Source of the DNA: the human T2T-CHM13v2.0 reference genome, Homo sapiens
Assembly (NCBI RefSeq): GCF_009914755.1
Contig: NC_060929.1
Strand: one strand, 5' to 3'
DNA: 64,000 nucleotides
Shown: positions 60,711 through 64,000 of the stretch, one piece after another
Numbering within the stretch: position 1 is the first letter of the stretch
Layout: each line of letters opens with the position of its first letter
Notes under the pieces: model-generated
The model's database searches: none
The model's input: the letters and a program-made list of their open reading frames with translations, nothing else
Told to the model about the DNA's origin: nothing
Program-made: the position numbers and the translations under genes

Positions 60711-62261
60711 TACTAACTTTAGACTTTTATTGCAGCACAAGACTATCAGATTATATATTTTTTTCTGTTAGGTACTGTTCACACAGTGAGGTTTGTCTTA
60801 TTTCTCCCCTAAATTTCAAAGCTGTTCTCACTTTACTCCTTCTTTTAAATTTGGCTCATCCTTATCTCTGGGACAGATTCTGTGCTGGTCACAGGAACTT
60901 TCAGGAACTTTAAGGCATAGCTTAGAGAATTAAAAACCCAGGTACCCTGGCATCTGCTCCTTCTCTGACTGTTGTTCTGATCCCCAAGAATTAGGCTCTT
61001 TTCTTATTCCTAGTGGCTAAACTCTGGCTGTCTGATTATTTTTATGGTGTAAGTCTTTCCTTTGGTTTCTTGGATGGTTTCTCAGTTTTTATGAGGTAAA
61101 AATAGCCACAGTTCTGCCCTAAATTCCAGGAACTTGTCCCCAATAATTACAGTTGTTCTTCTCTTATGTTAACTCCTGACCTGCCTGAATTTCTGCCTGC
61201 TGTCAATTTTTTGGAGCTATCACTTTTCCTTCCCCAGGAGGTCGATCTAATCCCTAAGACTTTTCTCATTCCCATATGACTCCTTATTTTCCTTAAGACT
61301 AAATCTCTCAAAATCAGTACCCTTGAGTAATTTCCCGTATTGAATATGCACAGGTTTATTAGTTTGTTGTTTTTAATTTAATATTAAAGATTAATTTCAA
61401 TTTTCTAGCACTTGATACTCATGAGAAGGTTAACTCTCCTCAGGTAGCTGTGCTTGTTCCATAATGTCTTATCTTTGGTTAGGTTATAATCAAATTCAAT
61501 CGTTTTATGGTTGGGAGAATTGCCAGGAAAGACAAGAAGAATTACATATATTTTCAGATTAATTAAAAATCTAAAATATTGTCAACTGTGGTAGAGTTTC
61601 ATAGTAATAATTTGAACAACTTATTTTAAATCAATGTTTATTGCATCTCAAAAGGACCTATGATAGGTTCTGTTGTCACTAGTTAAAGAATAAAAGGTAT
61701 TATCCCTTTCACTATATTTTCTTAAGTTAGATATTTAGATGAACAGAGAAATGATATGAATACCCATTATTTTCATGTGTATTACTTTATAAGTATGCAT
61801 GCTAGTAAAGTTTTGATCAGCTTTTCAGAAGTAGGTTTTAGATTCAAGTAAAAGCACAGTGAAGAAAGACTAGCAGTCCTTTGGAGATGTTTGTAATGTC
61901 AAAATAGATATTGGTATGTCTTTGTCTCAGGTCAGCCCAAGACAGATTTCTGGCTCTTCCCCTCATAACCAATTAGTAATTGATCAACTTCAGTATCTTA
62001 TAATGTAAGATGTTCCACTCCAGTTATCCAAGTCACACCCAGAAAGGTGGTAGAAAGATAATTATGGAAGCACAGGTGAAAGAAAAGGAAGAGTGAATGA
62101 AAGCAGAAAATAAGAAGGGGAAAAAGACAGAAAAATGAAAGCATTGCAAGAGCAAAGAGTTGCCTATGAGGAAAAAAAAAAAGATGAGTGAGAGAAAAGA
62201 AATTTAAGATGCTTCTAGGGATCACAAGAAATGGAAACGAACTAAGTTCAAGGAATTAAGG

Positions 62262-62618
62262 TGGTATGGTTTGGCTCTGTGTCCCCACCCAAATCTCATC
62301 TTGATTGTACCCCCATAATTCCCACGTGTTGCAGGAGGGACCCAGTAGGAGATAATTTGAATCATAGGGGTGGTTTCCCCAATACTGTTCTCATGGTAGT
62401 GAATAAATCTCATGAGATCTGATGGTTTTATCAGGGGTTTTCACTTTTGCATCTTCCTCATTTTTCTCTTGCCACCGACATGTAAGAAGTGCCTTTCACC
62501 TCCCACCATGATTCTGAGGCCTCCCCATCCATGTGGAACTTACTGTAAGTCCAATTAAACTTCTTTTTCTTTCCGGTCTCGGATGTCTTTATCAGGGGCA
62601 TGAAAATGGACTAATACA
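62262..62618 (+). mobile_element. THE1A 5' LTR
   Basis: tggtatggtttggctctgtgtccccacccaaatctc...ggactaataca; A-type 'ggttttatcaggggttt'. Confidence 0.92.
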
Positions 62619-64000
62619 GTAAATTGGTACCAGTAGAGTGGGGCATTAATGAAAACATACCCAAAAATGTGGAAGCGACTTTGGAATTGGGTATCAGGTA
62701 GAGGGTGGAACAGTTTGGAGGGCTCAGAATAAGACAGAAATATGTGGGAAAGTTTGGAACCTTCTAGAGACTTGTTGAATGGCTTTGACAAAAACATTGA
62801 TAGTGATATGAACAATAAGGTCCAGACTGTGGTGGTCTCAGATAGAGATAAGGAACTTGTTGGGAACTGGAGCAAAGGTGACTCTTTAGCAACGAGACTG
62901 GCAGCATTTTGCTCCTGCCCTAGAGATTTGTGGAACTTTGAACTTGAGAGAGATCATTTAGGGTATCTGGAAATTTCTAAGCAGCAAAACATTTACAAGG
63001 TGACTTGGATGCTATTAAAAAGCATTCTGTTTTAAAAAGGAAATAGAGCAAAAAAGTTCAGAAAATTTGCAGCCTGATGATGCAGTGGAAAAGAAAAACC
63101 CATTTTTTTGAGAAGAAATTCAAGCTGGCTGCAGAAATTTGCATAAGTAACAAGGAGTCAAATGTTAATCCCCAAGACAATGGGGAAAATGTCTCCAGGG
63201 CATGTCATAGGTCTTCATGGCAACCCCTCCAATCACAGACCCAGAAGCCTAGAAGGAAAAAATGGTTTCGTGGGCTGGGCCCAGGGTTCTCATGCTGTGT
63301 GCAGCCTAGCGACTTGGTGCCCTGCATCCCAGCCACTCCAGCTGTTGCTAAAAGGGGACAGGGTAAAGGTCAGCCATGGTTTAAGGGGGTGCAAGCCCCA
63401 AACCTTGACAGCTTCCATGTGGTGTTGAGCCTGCAGGTACACAGAAGTCAAGAATTGAGGTTTGGGAACCTCCACCTAGATTTCAGAAGAAGTATCAAAA
63501 TGTCTGGATGCCCAGGCAAAATTTACTGCAGGGACAGGGCCATCATGGAGACCCTCTGCTAGGGCAGTGCAGAAGGGAAATGTGGGCTTGGAGCCCCCAC
63601 ACAGAGTCCCTACTGGGGCACCACCTAGTGGAGCTGTGAGAAGAGGGCCACTGTCCTCCAGACACCAGAATGGTAGATCTACTGACAGCTTGCACTGTGC
63701 ACCTGGAAAAGCTAGACACTCAATGCCAGCCTGTGAAAGCAGCCAGAAGCAGGGGGTTACACCCTGCAAAGCCATAGGGGCAGAGCTGCCCAAGACTATG
63801 GGAACCTACCTCTTAGATCAGCATAACTTGGATATGAGACATGGAGTCAAAGGAGATCATTTTGGAGCTTTAGAATCTGACTGCACCGCTGGATTTCATA
63901 CTGGCATGGGAACTGTAACCCCTTTGTTTTGGCCAATTTCTCCTATTTGGAATGGCTGTATTCACCAAATACCTGCACCCCCATTGTATCTAGAAAGTAA
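62619..64000 (+). mobile_element. THE1A internal region (continues past window end)
   Basis: gtaaattggtacc follows the LTR directly; broken MaLR ORF peptides (WESLE..RDLLNGFD, CPRDLWNFELERD). Confidence 0.93.

Noticed and set aside
60892-60911. Short tandem duplications (caggaacttt x2; also near 7751, 30568, 58248)
   Set aside because: Ordinary slippage products with no further feature
62555-63793. ORFs of 61-161 aa
   Set aside because: Frameshifted remnants and antisense frames of the THE1 internal region

Overview
Primate genomic DNA, most likely human because it carries an AluYb8, a subfamily that is almost entirely human-specific. The window is AT-rich, CpG-poor and dominated by interspersed repeats. 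I find no CpG island, host protein-coding exon, RNA gene or processed pseudogene. Nearly all ORFs in the track are chance frames or pieces of repeats; the only long one (712 aa) is the C-terminal part of LINE-1 ORF2p in a 5'-truncated L1PA3-like copy whose RT catalytic motif is mutated. Repeats present: six Alus, five L1PA copies, an old L1 5' half, MaLR/ERV LTRs (THE1, MST, MLT1, MLT2, LTR33, LTR47, LTR10), DNA transposons (MER2, MER8, MER58, MER63, MER5, HSMAR2) and many MIR/L2 fragments. Subfamily names come from my recall of consensus sequences, not from a search. I see no new multi-gene system. The most interesting signals are fossil mechanisms: (1) a solo LTR10C-like LTR almost stripped of G, consistent with APOBEC3 hypermutation; (2) a ~105-bp segment copied 3.6 kb downstream between 9-bp direct repeats; (3) a ~25-bp twin-priming micro-inversion at an L1 5' end; (4) a transversion cluster in one L1, plus variants shared between two inverted L1s; (5) a fold-back palindrome inside MER63.
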